From positions 256,001-320,000 of the forward strand of contig CAWJKT010000011.1 in assembly GCA_963843375.1 (NCBI GenBank): a stretch of 64,000 bases of DNA, in the 5' to 3' direction. Source of the DNA: an uncultured Pseudomonadota bacterium (lineage in GTDB: Bacteria; Oederibacteriota; Muellerivitia; Muellerivitales; Muellerivitaceae). Made by a program: the position numbers and the translations under genes. The stretch's first letter is position 1. Each line of letters starts with the position of its first letter. The notes under the pieces were generated by a model. That model did not search any database. It had not been told where the DNA came from and saw only the letters and a program-made list of their open reading frames with translations. Below are positions 11,235 through 21,126 of the stretch, piece by piece.

Positions 11235-11942
11235 ATGACCCCTGAAATGTTCAAGCTCATTTACCAGGCCATAACCCAAGGCCTCATCATCGGGTTTTGC
11301 ACCGCGGCCCTTATCGGACCGGTAAATTTCCTGGCTATCCGCCGGGGGATCATGGGGGGGTTCCAGCAAACCTTCATGGTCGGGGCGGGCGCGGCCTTGG
11401 TAGACGCCGTCTTTGCCTGGGTGGTTTATGCGGGATTATTGAAGGTGGGGTTTACGGGCGTCTGGAAGATCATCCTCTGGGGGCTTTGCGCCATTTTCCT
11501 GCTTTACCTGGCCTATTCCACCTTGACCGAAATCCGTGATGACCCGGAGGCCATGGTCCATCCCAAGGTCCGTCGGCAAATTCAATGGATCGACCATTCC
11601 TTTGTCATGGGCCTGATCCTGGCGGCCACCAATCCCTTCACGCTGATGTATTGGATCGGCATGGTTGGAACGGTCCAGCTCTCCATGCCCATTCCCCCCA
11701 ACCTGGATATCGCCGGGGGGGCGGCCACGTCTTTTTTCTCCGCAATCCTGGTGAGCGAACTGATCTGGTTTTCCTGCTTGGGGATGGGGGTCCATTACAG
11801 TCGTAATCTTTTCAATCGGAAGGCCTTGAAATGGATTACCTGGTTCTTCGGGTTTTTGCTTCTTTTCTATTACGTGTTCATGGCGGTGAAGGTGGTCATG
11901 AACCTCATCCACACCGGTGGAGAGCCTTTCGTCCCCCGCTGA
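11235..11942 (+). CDS. LysE family translocator
   Basis: GP motif IGPVNFLAIRRG, GAALVD, NPFTLMYW, about six TM helices; start at ATG 11235. Confidence 0.85.
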   Translation: MTPEMFKLIYQAITQGLIIGFCTAALIGPVNFLAIRRGIMGGFQQTFMVGAGAALVDAVFAWVVYAGLLKVGFTGVWKIILWGLCAIFLLYLAYSTLTEIRDDPEAMVHPKVRRQIQWIDHSFVMGLILAATNPFTLMYWIGMVGTVQLSMPIPPNLDIAGGAATSFFSAILVSELIWFSCLGMGVHYSRNLFNRKALKWITWFFGFLLLFYYVFMAVKVVMNLIHTGGEPFVPR

Positions 11943-11976
11943 CTCGATTAAATTTATTCATTCAAAAATTACGGGC

Positions 11977-12165
11977 TTAATCCTGCTCTCGTTCCGCCTC
12001 TAGTTCCTCCACCTCGCCCCCGTGCATTCTTACCCTCAGGGCGATGGGGCGGCAGCAATTTTCGCAGTCGGTGGTCCATTGTTGAAGTCCGGAAACAGGG
12101 TCCAGGGGCGAGAAATTGGGATAACCGCAGTAAGGACAGCTGAACTCAATCGTGGGCCCGCTCAT
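11977..12165 (-). CDS. CPXCG-motif small cysteine-rich protein
   Basis: CPYCG..DCENCCRP, 62 aa. Confidence 0.85.
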   Translation of the reverse strand: MSGPTIEFSCPYCGYPNFSPLDPVSGLQQWTTDCENCCRPIALRVRMHGGEVEELEAEREQD

Positions 12166-12171
12166 GGGCGG

Positions 12172-12849
12172 CTAGTCGCTGCCTGACAAGAGGAAGTCGT
12201 TGTTGGGCGGGGCAATGCGGGGTTCTCCGTTAAAAAATTTGTTAAAGTTCACGACGTCCACTTCATCCACTGGATCGGGTTCGGCTTTGGCCATTTTCCC
12301 GTTTTGCCAGGTGTTTTCGGAATGCTCCACTTTAAATTTTTGCTCCTCGTCCTTGTCGATGACTGTCAGCTTGCCGGTAAAATATTTCACCATGAGGGAT
12401 TCCTTGGTGGGATCGTAACTGAGGATAGATTGGGTATTGTTAATCGCGGTGACCACCGAACCGGTATTGATCTCAAAAAAACTTTGGCGGGAACCACAAC
12501 CATTGGTTCTCAACAGTAAATTTCCCTTTTGAAGGACCAAACGAATCTGGCGATCGGGGCCTTCCAAATAGTATTCATCAATATTAATAACCGTGCCGCC
12601 ATCCAACCCGATTCTATCCCCCCGGTGGGTTTTTAGAATCACCCAACTTTTGTCGTAAGAGGAAATGGTATCCCCCTTTTGGAGGGTGGTCCCCGTTTGA
12701 ATGGCGTAGGGTTTGGAGCCGTCCGCGGGCTGGACCATGACGGTCCCCTCGATCTTATCGATCGTTATTTCATTGAAAGTCTCGGCGGATAGGCCTACTG
12801 GAAGAAAGAGGGCCGAAGCGGCAAGGACTAATAAGGTTTGAAGGCGCAT
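12172..12849 (-). CDS. Exported FecR-domain protein
   Basis: Signal peptide; IEGTVMV..LQKGDTI, LQKGNL, FEINT, V..FTGKLTV FecR-like pattern. Confidence 0.7.
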   Translation of the reverse strand: MRLQTLLVLAASALFLPVGLSAETFNEITIDKIEGTVMVQPADGSKPYAIQTGTTLQKGDTISSYDKSWVILKTHRGDRIGLDGGTVINIDEYYLEGPDRQIRLVLQKGNLLLRTNGCGSRQSFFEINTGSVVTAINNTQSILSYDPTKESLMVKYFTGKLTVIDKDEEQKFKVEHSENTWQNGKMAKAEPDPVDEVDVVNFNKFFNGEPRIAPPNNDFLLSGSD

Positions 12850-12989
12850 AGCGACTCCTTGTGGAAGTAAAAGCGGTAGGGGTTTATCCTATCTTTTTTT
12901 AAGGTGTGGGGCAACGTGAAAGGGTAGGCTAGGAAGGCCTAGTTTCCTTAGATTGCCTTGCCGCCCAAAATTAAAACCATTGGAGTCTT

Positions 12990-13844
12990 ATGGAAAGCCT
13001 TCCTGTTGCGCTTATTACGGGGTGTTCCACCGGAATTGGTTTTGAAACGGCGCTTCTTTTGGCTCGCAAGGGCCACCGGGTTTATGCAACGATGCGGGAT
13101 TTGAAAAAAGCCCGTTCTTTGAAGGAAGCTTCCGTTGGGTTGCCGGTTGAAATCTTGACGTTGGACGTGGATAAGGCGTCGTCCGTAAAAAAGGCCGTAG
13201 CGGCCATCGTGAAAAAAGCGGGTCGAATCGACGTGTTGGTTAATAACGCGGGGTGGGGAGCATTTGGAGCAATGGAAGAATATTCCGATGAGGAAATCCA
13301 CGCCCAATATGAAACCAATGTCTTCGGCCTTTTGCGGGTCACCCGGGCGGTTTTGCCCGTGATGCGGGCACAAGGCTCAGGCCGTATCCTCCATATCGGG
13401 TCCCTCGCTGGGAAAATGACCTTTGCCGGGATCGGCCTCTATTGTTCCAGCAAATACGCCGTGGAAGCCATAACCGAAAGCCTCAGGCTGGAAGTCCATC
13501 CTTTCCATATCGAGGTGGCGGTGGTGGAGCCGGGCAACATTAGAACCCCTTTCAAGGTCAACCGGCGCCAAGCTAAAATTTTTCTCGAAAAAAAATCCGC
13601 TTATCAGAACGTGCTGGAAAGAATCCTTTATTTTGGGAACCACCCTCCCGATTCGGCACCGGGCCCGGATCGGGTGGCGAAAACGGTCCTCAAAGCCCTT
13701 CAGGCATCCCGAATGGCCATCCGCTATCCGGTCGGAAGGGATGCGATCATGTTTCCTTTGATTCGTTGGTTCCTTCCGGATTTTCTTTATGACCAAGTGC
13801 TGCAAATGCGCTATTTCCAGTTTCAAAAAGAGGGCCTGCCATGA
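12990..13844 (+). CDS. SDR family oxidoreductase
   Basis: TGCSTGIG, NNAG, YCSSK. Confidence 0.95.
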   Translation: MESLPVALITGCSTGIGFETALLLARKGHRVYATMRDLKKARSLKEASVGLPVEILTLDVDKASSVKKAVAAIVKKAGRIDVLVNNAGWGAFGAMEEYSDEEIHAQYETNVFGLLRVTRAVLPVMRAQGSGRILHIGSLAGKMTFAGIGLYCSSKYAVEAITESLRLEVHPFHIEVAVVEPGNIRTPFKVNRRQAKIFLEKKSAYQNVLERILYFGNHPPDSAPGPDRVAKTVLKALQASRMAIRYPVGRDAIMFPLIRWFLPDFLYDQVLQMRYFQFQKEGLP

Positions 13845-14668
13845 ACCCTTCGGTTGTTCTCATAACGGGGGCCAACTCGGGTTTTGGATTGGCCACGGCC
13901 CAGGCCCTGGCCGAAGGGGGCTATCGAGTTTACGCCACCTACCGTAATCCACGAAAGGCGGGCCATTTGTGGCAACTCTCCAAAAACATGACCCTTTTCC
14001 CGCTGTTAATGGATGTCAACCGGGAAACCTCGGTGGATCGCGCGGTAAGACAAATCCTCAAACGCGAGGGCAAAATCGACATCCTTCTTAATAACGCTGG
14101 ATTTGTGATGGCGGGATGCTGGGAAGATTTGTCCGACTCCGATATTGAGGCCCAATTCCAGACCAACGTGTTTGGGCTCTTACGGGTCACGCGGGCGGTC
14201 TTGCCTTCCATGCGAAAGCAGGGTTCGGGAAAGATCATCAATGTCGGGAGCGTCGCGGGTTTCATGGGAACGCCCTTCCTGGGAGCCTATTCCGCCACCA
14301 AGTTCGCGGTGAATTCGATTACCGAGGCATTAAGGATGGAAGGCCGGCCCTGGGGTGTGGACGTGACCGAGATTAATCCGGGGGAAGTCCAAACGAACGT
14401 GGTCCAAAACGCCCGGATAGGGCAAAAAGTTAAATCTTCTTCTTCGCCTTACACCGCTTTTACCCTTCAAGTTGAAGCCTGGCAAAAGGGACGGTTCGAA
14501 AAAGCGGCGCCGGTGGGGATTTTCGTGAAGACGGTTTTTAAAGCCTTGGGGGATAAACCGACGAAACGGCGGTACTTGGTGAAATGGGACGACCGCTTTC
14601 TTTATTTTCTGCGATGGTTGTTGCCGGATACCTTGTTGGAGTGGGGATTTTCCAAAATGTTGTATTAA
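13841..14668 (+). CDS. SDR family oxidoreductase (tandem paralog, ATGA overlap)
   Basis: TGANSGFG, NNAG, YSATK. Confidence 0.95.
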   Translation: MNPSVVLITGANSGFGLATAQALAEGGYRVYATYRNPRKAGHLWQLSKNMTLFPLLMDVNRETSVDRAVRQILKREGKIDILLNNAGFVMAGCWEDLSDSDIEAQFQTNVFGLLRVTRAVLPSMRKQGSGKIINVGSVAGFMGTPFLGAYSATKFAVNSITEALRMEGRPWGVDVTEINPGEVQTNVVQNARIGQKVKSSSSPYTAFTLQVEAWQKGRFEKAAPVGIFVKTVFKALGDKPTKRRYLVKWDDRFLYFLRWLLPDTLLEWGFSKMLY

Positions 14669-14802
14669 GAGGTTTTTGGATATAAAAAATAATTTCAAAA
14701 CCAGGAGGTTCGCTCTTTTAGCGGGAGTCTGAATATGGGTTTTTCCGGAAACCAAGGGGCGGGTTTTGGCAGATTGAAAGTTGGCCCCTTCATACTCCCC
14801 AT

Positions 14803-14836
14803 AAAAAAAGGCGGTTCGCTTTTGACGAACCGCCTT
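14803..14836 (-). terminator. Intrinsic terminator of the lipoprotein gene
   Basis: Perfect 11-bp stem AAGGCGGTTCG/CGAACCGCCTT, 7-nt loop, T tract on the minus strand, 20 bp after the stop. Confidence 0.88.
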
Positions 14837-14856
14837 GAATCAACGGACTTTTTTGT

Positions 14857-16344
14857 TTAATAAACCTGCATATTGTCGATGATATAATCTCCGCTGGCGG
14901 ACTGCGTTCCACCATAAACATTAATCTCGATCCCGAGACCCGTTACGTCTGACATGTCGGTCGTCCAACTGGATGCGGAGGGCTGGAGGGAAACCTCTGT
15001 CCATTGGCCCAGGGCGATACTTTCATAGCTGTATCCCCCTGGTATGGCGCCGCCTACACCGCCCGTACTATAAACATCGCCGTTGGCTTTTATGTAATTT
15101 GCCGCTCCGTAGCCGCTAGAACCCGCGGCATCAGGCATCACATAAACCTGGATACGGACACCCGTCGCGCCAAGAGTAGTGAAATTGATTGGAAACCCGT
15201 TAGAGCCGCTTATATTCACGTAAGTGGATTCAATTTGCATGTCATTTCCGCCCGTTCCCCCGGTAATCATCGTCATATCCAGGGCGCTTACCCCGCCCGA
15301 GGCATTGGTGATCCCCAGACTTGAATACGAGGTAGGTGTAATGGTGTCTCCCGAATTGTAGTCAACGTAAAATCCATCTGACGAACCATCCTCGAAAGTC
15401 CAAGAGTAATTTGGAACAGTCGTTGGAGTAGCGGTGGGTGCGGATGACGGGAGAATAGTAATGTCATCGATATAGAAATTACCCGTGGCACCCGCCGGAA
15501 TGTTGGTTAATTGAACTCCAATTTGATCGACCGCAGAGGGAGTGGATCCGGATCCCGATCCGATGACGAGGGTAACCGGGAACCAAGCGCCCACATTCGT
15601 GGCACCGGTGCCGGAGCCGACATTGTCCCAGGCAGAGCTTTCCCATACGGTGCTTGGGCCGCTTTGATCGAAAAGTTGTAATCCGGTGGTGTAGGTGTCG
15701 GCCGGTGCCGCTAAAGTCGAATCAATATAGACGTTAGCAACCATGGTATAACCGGTCATGTTCTGGGGAGTTGAAAATGTCAACTGGAGCTGGACGCTTT
15801 GATTTGAACCCGAGGTATTGTTGATCGTGGCGACTAAAGAATCGCTTCCCGAAGGAAAGGTCTGTGTATTGGAGGATCCCCAACTGGTGACATAAGCAGT
15901 TGCGACAGCGGGCGACCAGCATTGGACGCCGCTATTAAAAGTATAAGTCGCTTGGAAAGAAGCTGCGTTGCAGGGGGTAGCGGAGGGCGTGCTGGTCGCC
16001 GTGGTAGTCGCGGTGCTGGTAATGGTTGCAGTAGGGGTGGTGGTGGCAGAATTCGTCGGAGAGCTGCTACTGGTGAATGTCGCGGTATTCGTCACCGTGA
16101 AAGTAGAGCTGCTGGTTGCGGAATTCGTGGGTGAAGACGTCGAAGTAGATGTTGGGGTTTTAGTAGCCGTGACCGTTGGCGTTCTAGTTACGGTATTGGT
16201 AGCCGTAGTGGTTGGCGTATTGGTTATGACTGGAGTGGGCGAAATGGCTGGTGATAAGGGGCTGGAGGGATTCTTGGTGGGACAGCCTAAAGATCCCAAA
16301 ATGACAAATCCCAATAAAACAGATAGGGCTAAGAAATTCTTCAT
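14857..16344 (-). CDS. Putative lipoprotein: Thr/Ser/Pro stalk plus two CBM-like jelly-roll domains
   Basis: Lipobox-like SLGC; ~100 aa Thr-rich tract; two related domains (TYTFNSG..W..FYIDDITI and WTFEDG..W..YIIDNMQVY). Confidence 0.7.
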   Translation of the reverse strand: MKNFLALSVLLGFVILGSLGCPTKNPSSPLSPAISPTPVITNTPTTTATNTVTRTPTVTATKTPTSTSTSSPTNSATSSSTFTVTNTATFTSSSSPTNSATTTPTATITSTATTTATSTPSATPCNAASFQATYTFNSGVQCWSPAVATAYVTSWGSSNTQTFPSGSDSLVATINNTSGSNQSVQLQLTFSTPQNMTGYTMVANVYIDSTLAAPADTYTTGLQLFDQSGPSTVWESSAWDNVGSGTGATNVGAWFPVTLVIGSGSGSTPSAVDQIGVQLTNIPAGATGNFYIDDITILPSSAPTATPTTVPNYSWTFEDGSSDGFYVDYNSGDTITPTSYSSLGITNASGGVSALDMTMITGGTGGNDMQIESTYVNISGSNGFPINFTTLGATGVRIQVYVMPDAAGSSGYGAANYIKANGDVYSTGGVGGAIPGGYSYESIALGQWTEVSLQPSASSWTTDMSDVTGLGIEINVYGGTQSASGDYIIDNMQVY

Positions 16345-16681
16345 AAATTACCAGCTCCTTATATTAATTAATTTTTTTGTTTCCGATTTTTAAAGAAGTG
16401 AGAAAGATGAAAATCCGAAACAAAATCGATTTCTAACAAGAGGGCCGTACTTTACCTGACAAATGGACTCGGGTAAAGACTTTAATTTGTCGATAGGGAA
16501 AAGCTTATAAAAAGACTTTTTAAACTTCTAAAAGAAAACAATTAATTCCATTTAAAAGTTTAAACCGTTTAACCCCTGATGGCCTAACATTTGGAACCGC
16601 TTTTCTACAAGTTTTTCTTTTTGATGAAAATTTCTGAAAAGAAAAGCGCTTTGTTGAAAAATGTAATTTCAGTAACTTGGT

Positions 16682-18298
16682 TTAACGGCAAACGAACAGG
16701 GTGGCGGACAGGGGCGGCAGGGAATAATCGAAATGGTCCTTGTCCACTTTGTCCTTTTTGACCAGCTTGATGTCGGGCGAGTTTGCGTTGAAGGAATAGG
16801 CTTCATAATAAGCAAAGGTTTCCTTGCCCTGGAACTTGAATTTGCCATGGATTGGATCCTTTTGGTCCTTGTTCAAGACCACCAACCAAAGGACGCCGGG
16901 ATTCTTGCTGTCAGTGGCCGCATAACAGGAGGTTTTGAGGACATTCTCCGTGGCGGCTGAAACCGCCGTATCCCCGATAGTTCCGTTTTTGCCATCATAA
17001 TTTCGGTAAAGCTTGAAAGCGGCCCGGTTGTACGGTTTTAAATCCCCCCAATAATTGGACATGAAAATGCCGTATTTGCCGAATATCCCCAAGACGTCCG
17101 CTTGGGCGATTCCTCCGGAAATATGGTTCCCCGCGCCAAAATCATATTCACTGAAGGCCAGTTTGGTTCCCGGACACCACTTGTCGATTTTTTGTCGCAC
17201 CCAGGGAATCAACTGGATGGGCTGGCCCTTGGTCGACCATTGGGTAATCCAGCTTTTTTCAACATAGGTCGGATCCCAAAGGCTTCGGGGGGCCTGTAAG
17301 CGGGCCTCGATAGAGTCGGGGGTAATATCGTTGTCGGTAATGCGTTTTCCGCCGCCTTGGGCCTCGGGATACCAATGCAGGTCCAACACTTGAACGAGCC
17401 GATGATGATAGGCGGTTTCCAATCGGTGGATGAAATCCAGGTAAAAGTCCAAGTAAGTGGGAAAAGTTTGGGTGATGGAGGTGTCCTTGCTTTCTGGGGC
17501 GTCCTGGAGGGTCATGAACTCCTGCCAACCATAACAAACGCCTCCGAAAATGATGGCGGTAGGATCCACTCGAAGGATATTTTCAGCAGCAGCCTCGGTT
17601 TTGTTGCGCATTTCCCAATAACTGGTTTTTTCAGGATGGATGCGGGGATGGGTGGATGGCCATATTCCCGGTTCATTGTCTAAATCATAGAATTTTACGC
17701 CGCCCTCGTCGGCTTTCTTGAAGTTAGAGACCATAAAATTGATGAACTCATCCTCATATACGATGGGGTCATCGGGGTCGGGCGTCAGTGTATAAGGTTT
17801 CTTCTTGTGGAACTCAATTTTTTTCCAACGGCGATTGGGGGCTGTTTCCTTGTCCGAAACTTCCCCATTCTTGTCCGCAGCCACGAAACCCGCCATCGGA
17901 ACGGTCATAAGCGTATCAACCCCATATTTTTGGTTCGTTTCCACAAAGTGTTTGGCGAACGCGCCCGCCTGGTCGCAATCGGTATATTTGTGGCTATCGC
18001 AAAGCCAGTTGTCGCTCGTGTGGTGCCAGTCGTTTCCCGCGTTGGAAGCGTTATTGGTCCAGTTGTAACCGGTCATGCGATTTCCGCCCAACCGACGGAC
18101 GGTCGGGTTGATATCTCCCGGGTCCACATCATTCACACCATAAATATAGGGACTGATAGGGCCGATGACCTCGTCAGGCATAACTAAGAAATTAATATCG
18201 GCGGCAAAAGCTGTAACGGCTGAAACGAAAAATCCGGCGGCCAAGAGTGCAAAAGAAACGCGGCGGTTTAATTTTTCTATTTTAGGTCGTGATCCCAT
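16682..18298 (-). CDS. Glycoside hydrolase family 44 (endoglucanase/xyloglucanase)
   Basis: ISPYIYG, RLGGNRMTGYNW.NNASNAG.DW, DNEPGIW..THPRIHP, DLHWYPE, SEYDFG; signal peptide. Confidence 0.9.
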   Translation of the reverse strand: MGSRPKIEKLNRRVSFALLAAGFFVSAVTAFAADINFLVMPDEVIGPISPYIYGVNDVDPGDINPTVRRLGGNRMTGYNWTNNASNAGNDWHHTSDNWLCDSHKYTDCDQAGAFAKHFVETNQKYGVDTLMTVPMAGFVAADKNGEVSDKETAPNRRWKKIEFHKKKPYTLTPDPDDPIVYEDEFINFMVSNFKKADEGGVKFYDLDNEPGIWPSTHPRIHPEKTSYWEMRNKTEAAAENILRVDPTAIIFGGVCYGWQEFMTLQDAPESKDTSITQTFPTYLDFYLDFIHRLETAYHHRLVQVLDLHWYPEAQGGGKRITDNDITPDSIEARLQAPRSLWDPTYVEKSWITQWSTKGQPIQLIPWVRQKIDKWCPGTKLAFSEYDFGAGNHISGGIAQADVLGIFGKYGIFMSNYWGDLKPYNRAAFKLYRNYDGKNGTIGDTAVSAATENVLKTSCYAATDSKNPGVLWLVVLNKDQKDPIHGKFKFQGKETFAYYEAYSFNANSPDIKLVKKDKVDKDHFDYSLPPLSATLFVCR

Positions 18299-18339
18299 TT
18301 CTTTCCTTTTGAGGTATTCCAGCGGTTCAGCAGTGAAAA

Positions 18340-19659
18340 TCAGTAAAAGCTCCCGGCCCTGCGTTCTCCCAAGAGATGATAGTTTTTATCCCGGATGGCC
18401 TGGGCGATAGCGTCATGATACATCAAATAAAAGGACTCCCGCTTGATGGGTTGAATGAAAACATACACCACCTGGAAAAGCAGGGCGATGGCCAGGAAAA
18501 AACATAGGAATCTCCTGCCCCAGCGGTTCATCCACCATCTATCCCAAACATAAAGGGAATAAAGCATGACCACCGGCAGCATTTCACAATAGGTGTTCAC
18601 GTCGGGTTTTTTGATGGTGAATAACAGCGAACCATAAACCATCAGGAAGATCAGGACGGCAAACCACCGGACAGGTTTCCAATCGGGGCGGGGATTTCGG
18701 GAATCAAACAAAAATCCCAGCAATATGAGGACCTGGAGGATGCCGAAGTACCATAGGAAAAGCCCAGGGATTAAGAGCCAATTTTCCGACAGGTAATGAA
18801 TGCGTTCCACCGTATGGGCCCCAATGAAACGAGGCAATTCGAAGCTGGCCAAGGACAGGAATTGGGCCAAGATCACGAAGAAGCTCAGGAAGTTGTGAAG
18901 ATTGAGGCCGAAGGAAAGCCCGGAAACATCGCGAAAAAAATGGTAATCGGGGCGTAAAAGAGTGGGTATGACGAGGGCTTCCAGAGGCAGCGCCCCCAGT
19001 AGAAAATAAAACGGTGCGGTGATTTTATGGGATTTTTTCCATTGGAGGAAAAAGGAAGCCGCCAGGAAGGGCGTCACAACAACCCAAGTCCTATGGAACT
19101 GCGTCCACCAAGCGAGGGAAAATCCCATCAATGCGTTGGCCCAGGCAAGGGGCAGCCATCCGAGGCTTAAGGGTGGAAGGGATTCCATCAGGGCAACGAA
19201 GAAGAAACAAGCCGCTGCGGTGGAATAGGAAAGGTTGATCATTGAGGTGGAATAATGCACACACCAGGGAGCGGTCAGGACCCAAGGAAAGATAAACCAG
19301 GGGGAAAGTTTGGGGAGGCGTCGACAGCAGTAATAAGCGAAAAAAGAATATCCCGCCAGCGTGAGAAGGTTCAACAACAAGAAAGGCGCCAGGGGCGAAG
19401 GCCAAGCATAAAGCGGTCCGCCGATAAGCAACCCTTCCAAGGCCCCCGGATCCTGGGTTAAAAGGGCGATATTGTCCGGAGGAGCGATCACGTCGTTGCC
19501 ATAATAGGGCCAAGCGCCGGTGCAATAGAATTTTAAGCCGATCAGATAGGTCTGGACCTCATCGATCATGATCTGGACTGGCCGGGCCCAAAGGCCAAAG
19601 GCCAATCGCAGGGCGAAAAATAAGGGAAGAAGAAAGGCGAATTTTCGTCGGTCGGACAT
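18340..19659 (-). CDS. Polytopic membrane protein, GT-C-like glycosyltransferase candidate (paralog 1)
   Basis: TM1 followed by acidic loop IDEVQTYLIGLK..WPYYG; many TM helices; C-terminal HLLGERRAGSFY; start ATG 19659. Confidence 0.55.
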   Translation of the reverse strand: MSDRRKFAFLLPLFFALRLAFGLWARPVQIMIDEVQTYLIGLKFYCTGAWPYYGNDVIAPPDNIALLTQDPGALEGLLIGGPLYAWPSPLAPFLLLNLLTLAGYSFFAYYCCRRLPKLSPWFIFPWVLTAPWCVHYSTSMINLSYSTAAACFFFVALMESLPPLSLGWLPLAWANALMGFSLAWWTQFHRTWVVVTPFLAASFFLQWKKSHKITAPFYFLLGALPLEALVIPTLLRPDYHFFRDVSGLSFGLNLHNFLSFFVILAQFLSLASFELPRFIGAHTVERIHYLSENWLLIPGLFLWYFGILQVLILLGFLFDSRNPRPDWKPVRWFAVLIFLMVYGSLLFTIKKPDVNTYCEMLPVVMLYSLYVWDRWWMNRWGRRFLCFFLAIALLFQVVYVFIQPIKRESFYLMYHDAIAQAIRDKNYHLLGERRAGSFY

Positions 19660-19707
19660 AAACACCTTGGAAGTAATTCTTTTAATTTAAAGTTTTCTCT
19701 TCGTTTT

Positions 19708-21018
19708 TTAGTAGAGACTTCCGGGACGGCGTTCCCCGAGGAGGTGCTCATTCTTTTCCGCAATGGCCTGCACCACTTGCGCCCGGTTGGTGTAGAGCGA
19801 CCGGCTTTGCATCATAGCGGCCAAGTAGCCGACATGGAACCAAAGATTGGTCGCGAGGCAAACCACCCCGAAAATCCTCCATCCCCGCAATCGCGCCAGC
19901 CTTTCCCAGACATAAAAAGAATAAACCGCCACCAGGGGAAAAAGGATGTAATAAATGTGGGCAAGGGGAGGTTTGGAAGTAAACCAGGAACTTCCCCAAG
20001 CCAGGCAAAAAGCGAAAAGTGTCAGTAAGGAAATACCCGTTGCCTGCGGGCGCGAAAGGTCTTTGCGAAACCCGAAAAATAAAAGTACCGGAACCTGAAC
20101 CAGGCCCACGGCCCATAGAAAAAATCCAGGTGGAAGAAGGAGCGGGCGACTCGTCAGGAAACCGAGCCGCAAAGAGGTATTCTCCCCCAGGAACCGGGGC
20201 ATTTCGTAAGTCACGAGGGAAAGAAGCCGAGCCAGGATGGTAAAGAAGGCCATGAAATTTTCCATATTAAAAGCAACCGCAGTACCCAATCCGCCGGCTT
20301 CCTGAAATAGGCCGTATTTAAACCAAGTGGGAATGAGAAAAGCCAAAGGAAAGGCTGAACCGGCGAGGAATCCAGTGATTTCGGAAATTCCTTGAAGTCG
20401 GCCTTGCCACCATCGCCAAAGAAAGCAAAATAAAACCAGGGGCGGCAGCAGAAGCCAGGAATAATGGAATTGCATGGCCCAAAAAAGGCCGAAACCCATC
20501 AGCGCAAAGGCGATGCCCGGTGGAATCCAATCCGAGGAGAGTCCTGGGATAGCTTCCAGCAACCCCACGGTGAATAGCAGGCTTCCGAACAGAAGATAGG
20601 AGGGATTGATGGGGTTGGTTGATTCGTGAAGGTTCCAAGGCAAGAGAGCCAGCCAGGAGAAAATGAAATAAAAGGAGATTTCAGGCAGACGCTTTGCCAG
20701 GTAAAAGGAAAAAAAAGCCAGAGCTGAAAGGGAAAGAAGATTCAGAAAGAGGAAAGGGGCCTCGGGAATCGGACAAAGACGTAGGGGAAGACCAATAAGC
20801 AGTGCCTCTAGGGCGCCCGGGATCTGGGTGTAAAAACCGGTTTCGGTCACGATTAAGTCGGGCCCAAAATAGGGCCAGCCGCCATGGCAATACCATTTCA
20901 AGCCGATCAGATAGGTCTGCAATTCATCCGGAGAGAAAAAGGGTTGAGAAAGCCCGAAAGCCGTCCGAAAAATGAAAAGCGCCAGGAACAAAAACGCGAA
21001 TTTCCAGCGGTTGGACAT
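19708..21018 (-). CDS. Polytopic membrane protein, GT-C-like candidate (paralog 2)
   Basis: PDELQTYLIGLK..WPYFG..QIPGALE; C-terminal HLLGERRPGSLY; start ATG 21018. Confidence 0.55.
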   Translation of the reverse strand: MSNRWKFAFLFLALFIFRTAFGLSQPFFSPDELQTYLIGLKWYCHGGWPYFGPDLIVTETGFYTQIPGALEALLIGLPLRLCPIPEAPFLFLNLLSLSALAFFSFYLAKRLPEISFYFIFSWLALLPWNLHESTNPINPSYLLFGSLLFTVGLLEAIPGLSSDWIPPGIAFALMGFGLFWAMQFHYSWLLLPPLVLFCFLWRWWQGRLQGISEITGFLAGSAFPLAFLIPTWFKYGLFQEAGGLGTAVAFNMENFMAFFTILARLLSLVTYEMPRFLGENTSLRLGFLTSRPLLLPPGFFLWAVGLVQVPVLLFFGFRKDLSRPQATGISLLTLFAFCLAWGSSWFTSKPPLAHIYYILFPLVAVYSFYVWERLARLRGWRIFGVVCLATNLWFHVGYLAAMMQSRSLYTNRAQVVQAIAEKNEHLLGERRPGSLY

Positions 21019-21126
21019 TTTTCTCCTCGGAAGAAGTTCTGATTTTTGAGTTATTATCATTTTCTTCTTTGAAGAAAATGTTCATTTCTTAAAAATCCAA
21101 AACCAAAAACTCGAAACTGGTTTTTA

